Assembly: GCF_009914755.1 (NCBI RefSeq)
Contig: NC_060932.1
Origin: the human T2T-CHM13v2.0 reference genome, Homo sapiens
Length of the DNA stretch: 64,000 nt
Direction: 5' to 3' (one strand)
Both the position numbers and the translations under genes were made by a program. The first letter of the stretch is position 1; every line of letters starts with the position of its first letter. This document shows positions 39,763 to 53,420 of the stretch, piece after piece. The notes beneath the pieces were generated by a model. The model did not search any database. It was not told the origin of the DNA and worked only from the letters and a program-made list of their open reading frames with translations.

Positions 39763-41604
39763 GTTTCATAATTCTGATACTGCCGTCCACATGTGAACAA
39801 TTGCAGCCACTTCTTGCTGATTCTGACTGCTGTGATGTTGCAAAGACACATTTATTCATTTCATTTATTGCCCTCTGTGGCCAAATTACTATTACTTGCA
39901 GATCTCGCCTCAGTTTGCTTCTAGCCTTTCAATCTTTTTTCAGGATGTCCAGTATATAAATAGAAAAGGTGGGTTTTTGGATCAATGTAGCTTAATTATA
40001 ATCCTGTTTTCTGAGTCTTGCTCATTTTCTTTTTCATTTATTCTAACAAAAAGAGACAGTTGGGCACTGAGTGTTGCCTGTATAGTCTAGTAAGTAATTT
40101 TTTTGAGTTATAGATATGTGGCTTGATTGTCCATTTTCAAGGCCAAGGACAAAGTCCATTTGATTTCATTTTAAATTGTATGATTGAAATGAACTTAAAA
40201 GCCTCTTTTTCCCTCTACATGATCTTCTTGCTTTCATTGTGAAGACTACAATAAAACAAAACAAAACAAAAAAAACACAAATGTAAAGAATTATTGGTTT
40301 AGATGTTTTTGGTCTGTCTTTCAAGCTATCTTTTGATGTTTGCCTCTAGAACTCCAATGTTGCAGCCACCACAGCTTGAAGTATTTCCCCCACCACTTGT
40401 GCCATTTCAAACATTCTCTTAGTATTAAAACAAATCAAAATCAGGAGGTATCTAATTGTGCTGGTTTTGATTTTGTTAATACAAAGTGAAAGATTAAAAT
40501 GGAGCAGTAACAGCAAAAACATTTCTTAAAGAGGCAGTCACAGCAAACCATTAAAAGGCAAATACGCTCTAAAACCAAAGTCTTGAAAACTTTAAGGAGA
40601 AACAACCCCCTTCCCCAAAGAAATTGCAAGAAAGTACAATCATTAAAGAGGTTGCTTTATAACCTCTTTCTAAAAATGTTAGCCTTTGGCAAAAGGTACC
40701 ATTATGAAGGCTTTCAGATATATCATAACTGCTTCCCCCCGTAACATTTACAAGCTCACATATTACATTTGTCACATTCGGTGGCACTTGGCAAGTTTTG
40801 TAATGGTCTGGGTGCTTCCCCAACATCTTTCTTGTTGTCGTCTTGTTTTCTTCATTCTCTTATGTTCCTTGGATTCTCAGTTACCCCCTGGGGCTGGACT
40901 CCAGCTTTTTCCTTTTATAGCTCCACTGGTATCCCATCTGTAGGACAATAGTTCTAGGTACCCCCCGCCTCCTGCCCCCAGCAAAAGCCTTATTGGAGTC
41001 TGATTCTGAGCATCAGTTGAATGAAAATTCAGGAGTTATTCTGACTTTGCTCCTTGAAGCAATATAGCACTTCCGTTTTGTGGTGGCAATTATTGTTCTA
41101 GACACTTTTCACATTTCACTCTGTAGAGCTGCTGGTATGAACAGGTACAACTTTCCCTATTTAGTACTTGCCAAAATAAATCAATAAATTGTAGCAAAGT
41201 CTCCACCTTCCCTTGTACTCTCAATTCCAAAGGTTTGGGAGCATTATCCAATACCTATTCCCTCTAGTGATCATGCTCTCTTCCCCTAAGAAAGTGGGTT
41301 GCAGGCAGACTTGTAAAGGCAAGAGATGTCTTTCCAAGACCTCTTGAATACATGGATTTTATCGCTTGGCAGAAACTTTCAAAAAGTGAGCACTCCTCAG
41401 CACAGTTTTGTGCTTACTTTTCAAACTCCTTTGAGAAAAATGTAAATGATCCCTGGTAAGGTGAAGTCTGATTCACACTTCAGTATGAACTAACCATCTA
41501 CCACTCTCTGGGACAAATTTTTCAAATCTCGAATTGGAAAATGTGTTTGACCAGAGAAAATTGAGAATTTAGACTGGTTGCTATAATCAACACATTCAAG
41601 CATA

Positions 41605-42270
41605 ATTCATTCACTTGACTAACAGGAAGAATAATGCCTGTGAGCTGAGGTATGAAAGGTAAACAAAGATTGTCCAGACAGGCATGTGGAAGAAGAGTGT
41701 TTTGAGAAAAAGGAACAAAAATGTGAAGACAGAGGTATGTGATTGTGTGGTACATTTAGAGGAACTACTTGAGGCTCATAGTTACATGATTGCAAAGGGT
41801 AGCAGGATGAGTGGTGAGAGAAGAAACCGGGCACATAATCAGTAAATAGACCGTGAAAGGCTTTGTGTTTGGAGCCAATAAACTAAAATTTTCATTCAGT
41901 TGGAGACCAAATGAAGGATTTTGAACAGGAAAGTGAGATACTAAGACATGCATCTAACAAAGATGTCTAGTGACATGGAGAATGGGAGAATGGATTGGTG
42001 AGGATACTCCAAGTGAGTTGTCCATGACAGCCTCCTATTTTTTCACCACCCAATCTCTCTCGAACATACTGCAAGTAAGACTGGAAACAAGACCATGTGG
42101 GATGTCACTGCAAAAATCTAGGTGAGGATTATGAGTGTCTGAACTAAGGCTATGACAGTGGGAGTGTAAAGAAAGGGCAGGCAGTTTCAAAAAATATTAA
42201 GAAGAGAGAATTGGCAGAATATAGGAGCTAATACAATATGAGAGGTGAGAGAAAAAAGACTTCTAGATTG
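41605..42270 (-). mobile_element. L2 LINE fragment
   Basis: TGAAGGATTTTGAACAGGAAAG..CTAGGTGAGG..TGAACTAAGGCTATGACAGTGGGA antisense L2 motifs. Confidence 0.6.
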
Positions 42271-42299
42271 TCTCAAAGCATTTTATGGTTAATAGATGA

Positions 42300-42700
42300 A
42301 ATACTGATTCTTCTATATAAAGCTACCTCTCTACCTGTGTATCTACTCCATTTCCCTCTCGTGTACTCAAGGACATCATTGCTCTGAGTTTACATCCTCT
42401 CTTTCTATCCTTATATTATCTCTCTTTACTAAATCCTGGCAACATACAAACATGCTATATATATATCTCTTACCTTTCAAAAAATAACTATTTCACTCCA
42501 TTTCCCCCACCAAGCACTGCTTGGTTTCTCTCCTCCCTTTTATAGCCAAATGTCCTGCGTGAGTTGTCCATGACAGCTTCTCATTTTTTCACCTCCCAAA
42601 CTCTCTCAAACTTACTCCAGACAAGCTTTTGTTCTCAACACTCTACTCAAACATCTCTTGCCAAGTGTTCAGTAAAACTAATTTTGATTCTATCTCACAG
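42300..42700 (+). mobile_element. L2 LINE fragment
   Basis: CTACTCCATTTCCCTCTC..ACTCAAGGACATC..CATACAAACATGCT..CTCCCTTTTATAGCCAAA L2 body motifs. Confidence 0.6.
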
Positions 42701-42964
42701 GGAACATCGGAAATAGTGTAAGCACAGTTCACTGTAGTCTTGCTCAGGATTTGTAGTATTTATACCCTGACATCTGCAGCCCATTGGTTAAGGGCTATGT
42801 TAAGGGGTTAGGGTGGGGAGATATAAATTACCAGGCACCTTAGATCTCTATGTGAAAAGGTAAGCCAGAGTGCTGCAACCTGAGGCCAGTCGTCTCAAAG
42901 AGCTGTAGGTGTTGGCTATTGGAAGAAAAAGCACCTCAAAGATTAGTATGCCAAAAAATGGTAT

Positions 42965-43105
42965 AGAGAGTATGCAAAGTGTGTTCCCATACCAGCAGTA
43001 TCAGCATCACCTGGAAACTGTTGGAAATGAAAATGCTCTGCCCCCCAAAAAAATTACAAGCCTCCCCATGACTTTATGTACATTAAAGTTTAAAAAACAC
43101 TTCCT
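42965..43105. mobile_element. MER5A-like hAT element, internally deleted
   Basis: CAAAGTGTG..ACCAGCAGTATCAGCATCACCTGGAAACTGTT.GAAATG..AAAGTTT. Confidence 0.65.
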
Positions 43106-43132
43106 AAAAACTCTGTGATGAAAACAAAATTA

Positions 43133-43185
43133 TTAAGTTGGCGCAAAAGTAATTGCAGTTTTTGCCATTTTTTGCGCCAACCTAA
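43133..43185. mobile_element. MADE1 (Hsmar1-derived MITE), internally deleted
   Basis: TTAAGTTGGCGCAAAAGTAATTGCAGTTTTTGCCATT..TTTTGCGCCAACCTAA flanked by TA dinucleotides. Confidence 0.85.
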
Positions 43186-44379
43186 TACATTACTCCTTTT
43201 TGCAGACAAAAACAACCCAGGAGATTTTGATACCAATATTTTAACCTCATGATATTCCGACACTGCATTTATGAATGTATATTTTCAAATCAAAATTATA
43301 ACATCATGGATGAAATTTTATCAGGAAAATATTTTCCGCTATAAACCATACTAAGCCAAAATTTAATTTCTTAATGGTTTTTTATACATTGTACTTTTCT
43401 TTTACAATTGATTCAACTGAAATTAACACCACAAGGGTTAATGCAATTTACTATGTTACTTTTATCAAGAAGTTTTAAATTTAAAATAATTTATTTTATT
43501 GGAATTCAATGTTTCTGGTGATATATTTAGCTGTTTTAAAATTAGCTTGGTGACTATTATTTTGATGAAGTCAATTATTTTCAAGGCCAAATTTTGCAGA
43601 TCTGTATTTTGTCAACAAGAGTTGTCAGTCAATTTTTAGTTAACAGAAAATTTTACAGTGAGAAGTTGTAACTATTGTCAGTTTTATTTTGTTAATTATT
43701 TCTACAAGCTATATTGATCATAAGTTAAACAAAATACCATATGTTTATCTTTATTTCTTTGCTAACACAATAAAATGTATGACTAATTGTCATCAAGTAT
43801 TACAGAATTGCCCTATTGTCAAAATTTCTGACCTATTATAAATTATTTTTAATGCATGTAATTATTCTATAACCTCTTACTCTTGAAATTACCTCCCTGT
43901 GTGCTCCTAATCCCTTCCAGAGTGGATCTTTTAGATGTTTTGTCAGTGTAGAAAGTGGGAAGATTTGCTCTCAGAATTCTACTGGCCTGAAACAATGCAG
44001 AGCTTCAACAAAGTGATCTGTTCTATTGTTTACTGATTGTGAACAACAAACAGATTTAACACATGAAAGAAACAGGGGGTTACTGAATTTTCCAGCAATG
44101 TATGTACCCACTCTCACATCTTTTCTTTTTTTATAAACTAACTACTATACCAATCATGGAGCAAAGAACATTAGTGGACAAGGTGTAAGATCTTGGTGCC
44201 TGGGAGGTTTAAGCATCCTTGACTCTGTTGTAGAGTCTGAACATTTATCCCCCAAACCCAACTCTTGCTCTTACCCAGCATATATATTTATTATATTATC
44301 TTGTCTCCTTTACAGTTTTCTATGCACGTGTGACTAGCGTATCTTAAAAAAAATACAGGGAGAAGTGAGGTTGTCCCTT

Positions 44380-44660
44380 GTCAGGCTTGGCTCTACCACA
44401 AGAACTTCTCTATGCTCTCTTCTCCTTCTGGCTTTCTGCCATGAAGATAATCCTAGGGTAATCTCAAGAGCCATGTGTTTCAAATGGCAGAACAAGAAGA
44501 AGAAAGGATGCTGGGTGTTTGAATCATTGCTTAGGGAAAGCTGCCCCACCAGGAACACATGCTCTGGAATACTTACATGAGTGAGAAATGCATATGATGA
44601 TATTAAATCATCAAGATTTGGGTGTTTATTTGTTATTCCACCTAGCCTTATCCTAACACA
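44380..44660 (+). mobile_element. MLT1J-like MaLR LTR fragment
   Basis: GAAAGCTGCCCCACC..ACATGAGTGAGAAAT..GATTTGGGTGTTTATTTGTTA..CCTAGCCTTATCCTAACACA. Confidence 0.55.
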
Positions 44661-45339
44661 GGCTCAAAGCAAGAGTCACACAGCAGACACAAAACATTAT
44701 TAGGAGTCAATTCAGAATCAAAACATGCTAATATGGGAAGGAAAAATGTAGCTTACAGAGGTTCACCACTAGCTTGAGGCAATCTAACTACCCTGTTTGA
44801 TTTCTATGCCCAAGCTAAATTACTGCAGATAAAAAACATTCATAGATTTGCATTTTATAAAACATTGACAGCATGCTCTACTGTATTTACAACAGTGGGC
44901 AAAAGTACAAACTGCAAAAGGTTCTAACTGCTGGATTATTTTCAAATACATACACATACCATCTTTGCCAAGTACACGCACTGCTGCTTGCTTCTGTTCT
45001 AGTGTCTGTTTCACTTAATGCAATGAAATGGATAGTGAGTATTTAATTCTTCAATTAGAAATCCCTGAAGCTGCTAGGTAGAAACAAGTGCTGCTGCTAT
45101 CCTGAAACAAGTGCTTTAGACTTCAAACTATCACCAACACCCTCTACTACAAGCTACATTATTAAACTCACAGAAATTTCTGCCCAGCACATCATTGAAA
45201 GAAACGTTTAGAGGAATTAGCTTTAATTTTAATCTAAAATTAAATATTTACAGGAAAACAAGTTCTTCAGCTTTGATGGTAATATACTTAGTGATAGAGC
45301 ATTTGACTCATGATATATAGACATTTTCCTCTAAGACAT

Positions 45340-45742
45340 TGCTATGGTTTGAATGTGTCTCCCAAAGTTCATGTGTTGGAAGCTTAATCCCCAATATAAC
45401 AGAATTGAGAGGTTGTATCTTTAAGAGGTGATTAGATCATGAGGGCTGTGCCATATGAATAGATTAAAGCTGCTACTGCAAGAGTGGGCTAGTTATCACA
45501 AGAGTAGATTCCTAATAAAAAAAAAGATGCATTTTGTCCCTTTTCTCTGTCTTGCATGGGTATGCTGTCTTGCCCTTCTGCCATCTGCCACGAGAAGGCA
45601 CAGCAAGAACTCCCTCACTAGATGCCTCCCCTCTGTCTTGGACTTCCCAGTCTCCAGCACTATGAGCCAAATAAACTTCTGTTGTTTATAAATTACTCAG
45701 TCTCTGGTACTCTGTTACAGCAGCACAAAATGGACTAAGACA
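45340..45742 (+). mobile_element. MSTD-like MaLR solo LTR
   Basis: TGCTATGGTTTGAATGTGTC..CAGCACAAAATGGACTAAGACA; 5-bp TSD GACAT/TACAT. Confidence 0.85.
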
Positions 45743-46449
45743 TACATTGTAAGCCACTTATTAACAAGCATGACTTACAGCTCAAATCCATCCTAAAAAC
45801 AAGACATGGCTGACCATTATGTTTCTTTTAATTTCACACCATTCAGTGGTCATCACTTAAAGGCAAATTTTGAATGGATAAAAAGTGTCCCGAAGTATAA
45901 CATTTAGTCACATTTAGTCAATATTAGCATCCAAATTTAGAATAAGTTCTCACCCAGCTCCAACCTTCCACTATCCTGCACACAGTGTCTAACTCTACAG
46001 TAGAGGCACTTGTCATAAACTTGGTCTTTGGGAACAATATCATATGGAGAGGCAGTTATTCATAGCATGAGTTCTGGATCAGACTAAGTACAAATACCAA
46101 TTTTGCCTCTTGCTATCTATGTGATTTTAAACAAAGTACTTAGTCTGCCATTGGTTTATGTATGGCTTCAAAACAGTAATTCAAGTGAGGGTGTTGTAGA
46201 CATTTGCAAATTAATTCTAAAATTAATATGAAATGTAAAAGATCTAGGATAGCTAAAACAATTTTGAGAAACAAGAATAAGATGGAAGAAATCACCTTCC
46301 CTGAGGTAAATTCTTCCTATATAGCTGCAGTAAACAAGACAATGTGGTAGAGGGATAGATACAGTGAAGAATGAAACCCAGAAATAAATCTATGTATGAC
46401 CAACTTATTTTTGACAAGGTTATCAATATTAGTCAATGAAAGAAGGCAG

Positions 46450-46660
46450 CCCCAACTGGGCAACATTGTGAGACTCCATCTCTACCCCCACCCCCAAAAG
46501 GAAAAATTAGCCAGGTGTGGTAGAACATGCCTGTAGTCTCCACAGGAGGGTGAGGTGGGAGGATCACTTGAGCCCAGGAGGTTGAGGTTGCAGTGAGCTG
46601 TCATCATGCCTCTGCATGCCAGCCTAGGCAAGAGAGCAAGGCCCAGCCTCAGAAGAAAAA
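46450..46660 (+). mobile_element. 5'-truncated AluJ
   Basis: GAGGTGGGAGGATCACTTGAGCCCAGGAGGTTGAGG AluJ-type right arm. Confidence 0.85.
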
Positions 46661-47053
46661 AGACAGCCTTTTCAACAATGCTGTTGGAAAAAATGGATAT
46701 TCATAAGCAAAAAAAAAACAACAACAAAAAAAACCCGAAACCCAAGAACTTTAATCTAAATCTTATGCCTACACAAGAATGAACTCAAAATACATTGTGG
46801 ACTTATATGTAAATGTATAGAACTCTCAGAAAAAAAATCACACATAGCAATAAACTTTTTGGACTTATGGCTAGATAATGAGATTTTGGACTTGATATCA
46901 AAAGTATAATCCACAAAAGGAAAAATTGAACATTTGTACCTCAACAAAATTAAAATATTTTGTTCTGCAAAAAAACTGTGAGGTAATAAATGGAAGCTAC
47001 CAATTGAGAGAAGATATTTACAAGACAGATACTTGACAAAGGACTAGTGAGTA

Positions 47054-47056
<3 letters not shown>

Positions 47057-47116
<60 letters not shown>

Positions 47117-47392
47117 GATAGAGTCTTGCTCTGTTGTCAGGCTGGAGTGCAATGGTGCAATCTTGGCTCACTGCAAACTCCACTGCCGGGTTCAAGAGAT
47201 TCCCCTGCCTCAGCCTCCTGAGTAGCTGGGACTACAGGTGCATGCCACCATGCCCAATTAATTTTTGTATTTTTAGTAGAGATGAGGTTTCACCATGTTG
47301 GCCAGGATGGTCTCGATCTTTTGACCTCGTGATCCACCTGCCTAGGCCTCCCAAAGTGCTGGGATTACAGGTGTGAGCCACCATGCCCAGCC
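47057..47392 (-). mobile_element. Alu SINE (AluSc-like) with (TA)n(GA)n tail
   Basis: GGCCAGGATGGTCTCGATCTTTTGACCTCGTG antisense; compound microsatellite at about 47057-47115. Confidence 0.95.
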
Positions 47393-48749
47393 ATAAGTAA
47401 AATATATAAAGAACTCTTAAACCCAACAGTAAACAAAAAGTCCAATTAGAAAATAGGAAAACAAAACATGAAAACACATTCACTGAAAAAGATATATGGA
47501 TGACAAATAAGTACATGAGAATATATTTAATGTACTAACCACTGGGGAAGTGCAAATTAAAAGCATGATGACTATGACCACACATTTTTTAAATGGCTAA
47601 AATAAAAGATAGTGATCAATACCAACAAATGCTAGTGAGAGTGCTGTAAAACTGAATCACTACACGTTGCTGTTGGAAATGAAAACTGGTACAGCCAGTT
47701 TGGGAAAGAGTATGACAGTGTCTTACAAAACTAAACATACAACTACCATAGTTGCACCCTTAAGCATTTATCCCAGGGAAATGAAGATTTATGTTCACAC
47801 AAAAACCTGTATGCAAATGTTCACAGCACCTTTATTCATAATAGTCCCAAACTGGAAGCAACTCAAATATCCTTCAGATGCTAAAGAGATAAGCAAATTG
47901 TGGTACAATCATACCATGGAATATTACTCAGGCATACAAAGGAATAAATTAGCAATATATTCAACAACTTGGATAGATCTTGAGGGAACTACAGTAAGTG
48001 AAAAAACTCAATTTCAAAAGCTTACATATTATATGCTTCTAATTATATAACATATTTGAAATAACAAAATTATAGAGATGGAGAACAGATTAGTGGTTGT
48101 CAAGGATTAGGGGTTAGGCGATAAAAAGGGTGGGAGTGGCTACAGTTTTGTATCTTAATTGTGGTAGTGATTGTAAGAATCTACTTGATAAAGTTGAACT
48201 GAACTATAGACACACAGACACCACATACACACACACAAGTATAAGAAAAACTGATGAAATATGAATAAGTGCTATAAACTCTACCAATGTCAATTTTTTT
48301 AGTTTGGATACCATTCTATAGTTATACATGATGTTACCATTAGGGAGAACTGAATGAAGGGATAGACAATCTCCCTGTACATATTTTGTAACTTCCTGAG
48401 AATCTATAATCAGTTCGAAGTAAAAAGTAAAAAAGCTGAAAGACCGAATTTTCATTTAAGTTACGGAAGGATTGGACTTAAAGCAAGACAACCCCAGTAG
48501 TTGACTGTGGGGAGTTCAGGAGCCATCCCCTTGAAAACAAAATTGACAGACTTCACTGGAGAAGGAGTAATTTGGCTTATGTTATTGGTTCTAGTTACAT
48601 GCTAATCCACTAAAAATATTTAGTAGTTAATATCTCAATGTGAATTTGTTTCTCAAATCCTTTCTGAGAATGTATTGATTTTCTTCTCTCTCTCTCTTGT
48701 TTTGGCAGAGGAAACAACAATAAAAATAAAGTAATTATATTAATTTAGA

Positions 48750-48960
48750 CTAAAACTTATTCAGTGGTTTCCATATGCCAGGCTTGTTCAAGTGCTTTCC
48801 ATCTATTAACTCATTTAGTTTTCTAAATAACTGTATGACTTAGGTACAATTATTAAACAACATTTTATTAATGTAAAAATTGAGCCCTAGAGAGGTTAAG
48901 TAAAACCTAAATTTTTAATGTAGATCAGCCTTGCTCTTACTGGCTATATTACACTTCTTA
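48750..48960 (-). mobile_element. MIR SINE fragment
   Basis: ATATGCCAGGC..AAGTGCTTTCCATCTATTAACTCATTTAG..AGAGGTTAAGTAA. Confidence 0.65.
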
Positions 48961-50395
48961 GAGACAAAGTAGAGAATAAAAGGTAGTCACAATTTAATCC
49001 ACAGGAATAACGTGCCTCTCTCATTCTCTCTTTTCCTTTCTGCTCTCAGTCTCCTCTAGCCAAGCTTTTCCCTCTTTCCTTTACAGCCAGTTTTCTCCGG
49101 CTCATTTCCTCCTCATGTCTTTCCAGACTCACTACAGGATGCTCCACCATTTTGTTAAATAGGAAGATTTTCCTCTTTTGAGAATTTTCTAATATGTATC
49201 TACCAACATCTATTAATCCAGTAAACAAAGACAATCTCTCTTCTCTCTCTCTCCTTTCTCTCTCTCTCTCCTCTCTCTTTCTCTCCCCTCCCTCTTCCTT
49301 TATCTCCCTCAACTCACCCTCTTCTGAACCAAAAGAAAGGGGACAATTATAATCTTTATGATTTCCCCCCATCATGTTACACTACTACCGTGGACTGAGT
49401 TCACTTGCTATAAGTAAAAAAATCAAGTGTTTATTTATTAATTATATGCTTAAGTACTTTGAAACTCAAAACTTTACATTGGGGTTTCTGCTGGAGAAAC
49501 AAGTCATAAAACAGGAAGGACCTAGTTGTTCACATCACTAATCTTGTGGCCTTTTACATAATTACCTGTTAATGCTTTTTGGAGAGTAAGTTTTATTTGT
49601 CAACAGTCTGTTAATGATTGTTTAACCAAGTGTTTAAAAGTAAGCTAGCATACTTAACAAGATATTTTATTGATAAGGCCCAAAATTTTGCACTGTGTCC
49701 ATTAATATCTATCATTTTATTGCTTACATTTTATGAAATGCATACTTCACCGAGAAAAATAAGTGCCACCTATATTTCATTCACTTACATCTTAAAGTGA
49801 TACCTAAACCCTTTAATTACATTTCTTCTTCCTAACCCTTTACTCATTGTCAAGTCATGATAAGCACCCTCCCAAAATCTGCCCCAGAAAACAAAGGCCA
49901 GATTTATTAAAGGCCAATATAAACAGGTGTGTCTACCATGTTGTATTTAAAAAAATATCATCCTATCTACTTATGGGATTTCTACATCACTGTTTAATCC
50001 TTCTATCCACACTGATTTATGATGCTCCGGTTTCCTCTTCCATCAAGAGGGATGGGTGCCCAAAACGAATGGCTTCCCCTTCCTTTAAAGAAACATTCCC
50101 ACTCACAGTCTCCTCCTTGAAACTCTCAAATGACACTCTGACAATGATTCCTGTTTAACAGGTCGACAGCACCCTTCCCCATGGTTCATTCTGTGGCCCA
50201 GGTCCTCCAGGCTTTGGCTATTTATTGTCCATGTCAAATCTTTGTTGGAGTTCAAAGCAAAACTGTTTGTCTCTCAAGTTCAGCCCTCCTAAATGAAGAA
50301 CACTTGTTTCGTCTCCTCTGAGCATTTCAAAACAAAACAGGACAAAAATCAAGATAGCCTGATGTAATATTAACAGCAATTTCTCACTTACTTAC

Positions 50396-50924
50396 CGAAA
50401 AAAAGAAAGAAAGAAAGAAAGAAAAAAGACGCCTTGGTACATTTGGAAGGAAGAAAGCTGAGGATCAAGAGAGAGACTTCCAGCCTGGCCCATTTCCAGG
50501 GGTGAGTCTTCCTCAGCTATAATATGGCATTGAGGAGCCAAAAAGCTCTTCATGCCCCCGTGAGGAAGTTGATGGGAGCTCAGGATGCTGGCTGGGAGCT
50601 CCCCAGGGCACAAGAGGCCAAGTCACTCTGTAGCAGAGGACTGCAGAGTGGAAAACTCCAGACTGAGATGAGACAGAAGTCACAAATGAACTTCACAAGG
50701 TCTGCAGGATCGGTGTGATCAGCAGAAAGAGTGACTTGACTCCCAAGGAGCAATCTCCCTGTCTTGCTCATGCCAAGAGAACAGACTTGTGCCATCAGCA
50801 GCAAACACAGCAAGGACAAAGCCAGACCTTCAACATCGAATCAGCAGAGAATACGGAGAACCAGAGGATGCTGTGTGCCTCTGGTGCCATGTTGTATCTT
50901 AGCTTTGCCAGAACCTGATGTTAT
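50396..50924 (-). other. Candidate 529-nt non-coding exon
   Basis: Minus strand ~28-nt pure pyrimidine tract ending CCCCAG, then donor CG|GTAAGTAAGTGAG; motifs only. Confidence 0.3.
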
Positions 50925-51229
50925 CTGGGGAAAGGGAAAGAAAAGAAGAGGAGAGCAACACTCTGTAAAGCTACTTGCCTCTGAAACACTGGGTTAACCT
51001 TAAAGTGACTGAATGAAATCAGAAGTAATTAAATTATCTTGAACTGGAATTAGAGACTCAAGAGAAAGATGTTATATTTTTACCAACTGAATTTGTAACT
51101 ATAAAGTTTTGCAACCCCTTTGGTGAGATTTTTGACCTCAATAGCCAGAAGATAATTTTTTGCCAAAAGCATTGGGTTTAGGTTTTAAAGAGTTGGTTTC
51201 AGATTCTAGATATTTATATGATTTCCTTC

Positions 51230-51535
51230 TTCCTTCTCCAACCTTCCTTCTTTCAAATGACTTTTCAGAGATCATCTTGTCAAAAAAGCCTTACTGAACC
51301 ACTCTGTCTAAATAGCTCCTCCTCTGACCACTTTCTCTCCTTTTACCCTGCCTTATTCTTCCCTGAGTGTGTACCACTATATGACGTTTCACTATGTATG
51401 CATATTTGCTTATTGTCGTTTTCCCTACTAGAATGAAAGTTCTCCGTGGGCAGAAGTTATATTATTTTGCTTCCAATTGTTCCAGTGCCACTTAGTAAGT
51501 GCTCAATAAATAGATGCTGAATAAATTAGTGAATC
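51230..51535 (+). mobile_element. L2 LINE 3' end
   Basis: CTAGAATGAAAGTTCTCCGTGGGCAG..TAGTAAGTGCTCAATAAATAGATGCTGAATAAAT. Confidence 0.7.
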
Positions 51536-51849
51536 CAGTATAAATCCCTCAATTTTTCTCTTGCTTTCCTCAGTTATAAGTCAGGGATAAAATTAATATC
51601 AATTTGCCAAAATTAAGAAATTAAGGAGAGTGTGCCCATAAAGGTGCTCCAAGAATTATAGACCCAGAAGTAATTGGTAGTTCATGTTTTAATTATTTTT
51701 GTGGAAATATTTGACTTGGGGACCTCAAATGATACCAGCAAAAATCCAAAAGGTGTTTATCCACCACGCCTGTGCGAAGTCCAGCTCTGCCCACTGCATT
51801 GATTCTGCTCTCCTTTTATTTTGGATTAGCAAGAAGATGGAGCCACTTT

Positions 51850-52280
51850 TCTGCTGCCATTGCCCTTGGAAATTCAAACTCCTGAGGACCGCCTGCAAGA
51901 CCTTGAATGATCTGAATTTTGCCTACTTCTTGGAGCTCATCTAATACCACTCTTGTTCTCTAGGATCTAGGTACACTAACCTTTCTGTCTCTTGAAGACT
52001 TCAGGTTTGCTTGAGAACTGAGGCCTTTAAGCCTTTCTTTCCACCTGGAAAACTCCCAAAAGAGCTTCACAAGGCTGGGCCCTTTTATAATTTGCAATTC
52101 AGTTCAAACATTCATCTCCTCAAATGTCTGTATCCTGAGCTCCTTGGCTAGAATGGTCCTCCCCGGTCACCAGCACATATGCACCAATCAACCAATCTGC
52201 CAAAGTCCCTCCTATTCTAGAAGTCAGTGTTATTTTTGACACAGCAATCAAAGCTTAAAATTTTATTGTTTTCATAGCAC
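51850..52280 (+). mobile_element. L2 LINE fragment
   Basis: AAATTCAAACTCCTGAGG..CAAGACCTTGAATGATCTG L2 body motifs. Confidence 0.55.
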
Positions 52281-52669
52281 TTAAATTTTTTTGTCATTTC
52301 AGTTTCTAGAAGTTCTTTATCAAAGGAAATTTTTATCAAAGTTTTATTTACTGCACTGAGTTTTTAAAAGCTCTTGCTTTTAAAAAATTATCACCACTCA
52401 ATACTGGCTTTTGTGTATTATACTTAATTAAATTTTAAATTTTACATGCCCTAAAATGGTTTTAATGACAAATTTATAAACCTACAAAATAAACAGAGAT
52501 TTCTTTTGTTCTTCCCGGGTCTAACTCAGTCCTTTATGTGTCTCAAAAAGATACAGAAAAAGGTAGCATCTCAAAATATCCTAGATATAAAAATTAATAT
52601 GATAAGGTCTTAAAATAGCCTGTGAAATAAATTGATGAATCCTGGCTTTCATCTTCAGCTGATCATTGA

Positions 52670-53047
<378 letters not shown>

Positions 53048-53079
53048 TAGTATCATAGAGCAGAAAGACTACTGACCTA

Positions 53080-53420
53080 ATCATTCACTCAGTAAATATT
53101 TATTGAATATATCATTTATGCCAGCCACTGAGTGAGACACAGGATGAGCAGGACAGTTATTGGTTTTCTCTTACTGCTTACTGTCTCAAAAGAGAGACAT
53201 GGGTAAAACCAATATATGTGCAGGAAATAGTTACTTCCCTATAATAGGAATACAAATGAAAAAAGACAAGGTACCATGAGAAAAAGTAATATATCTAGAC
53301 ATAATTTAGATTAGAAGATAATATTTAAAATGATACCCAAAATGATTAGATTGACATTGATTAACAGTAGGGATCACAGCCTGCAAGGCACAGAGGACTG
53401 ACTGAGCAAAATCCCTGGGA
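53080..53420 (-). mobile_element. L2 LINE 3' end
   Basis: TCATTCACTCAGTAAATATTTATTGAAT..TATGCCAG. Confidence 0.55.

Larger units (their letters stand above)
46175..48435 (+). mobile_element. Old L1M LINE 3' portion (L1MD/MC-like), interrupted by two Alus
   Basis: ORF 47667-48050 matches the L1 ORF2p C-terminus (TC..MF.A.LF.I...WKQ.K.P...W..HTMEYYS); 3' UTR GATGTTACCATTAGGG..AATCTATAAT. Confidence 0.85.

Noticed and set aside
42792-42818. Four G-runs with a telomere-like GGGTTAGGG (possible G-quadruplex)
   Set aside because: One loop is 9 nt, the motif is isolated, and such motifs are very common
47667-48050. 127-aa ORF
   Set aside because: Remnant of the L1 ORF2p C-terminus inside an old truncated L1, with a non-ATG start
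49046-49375. 109-aa ORF rich in E and R
   Set aside because: Produced by a (CT)n/(GA)n low-complexity tract
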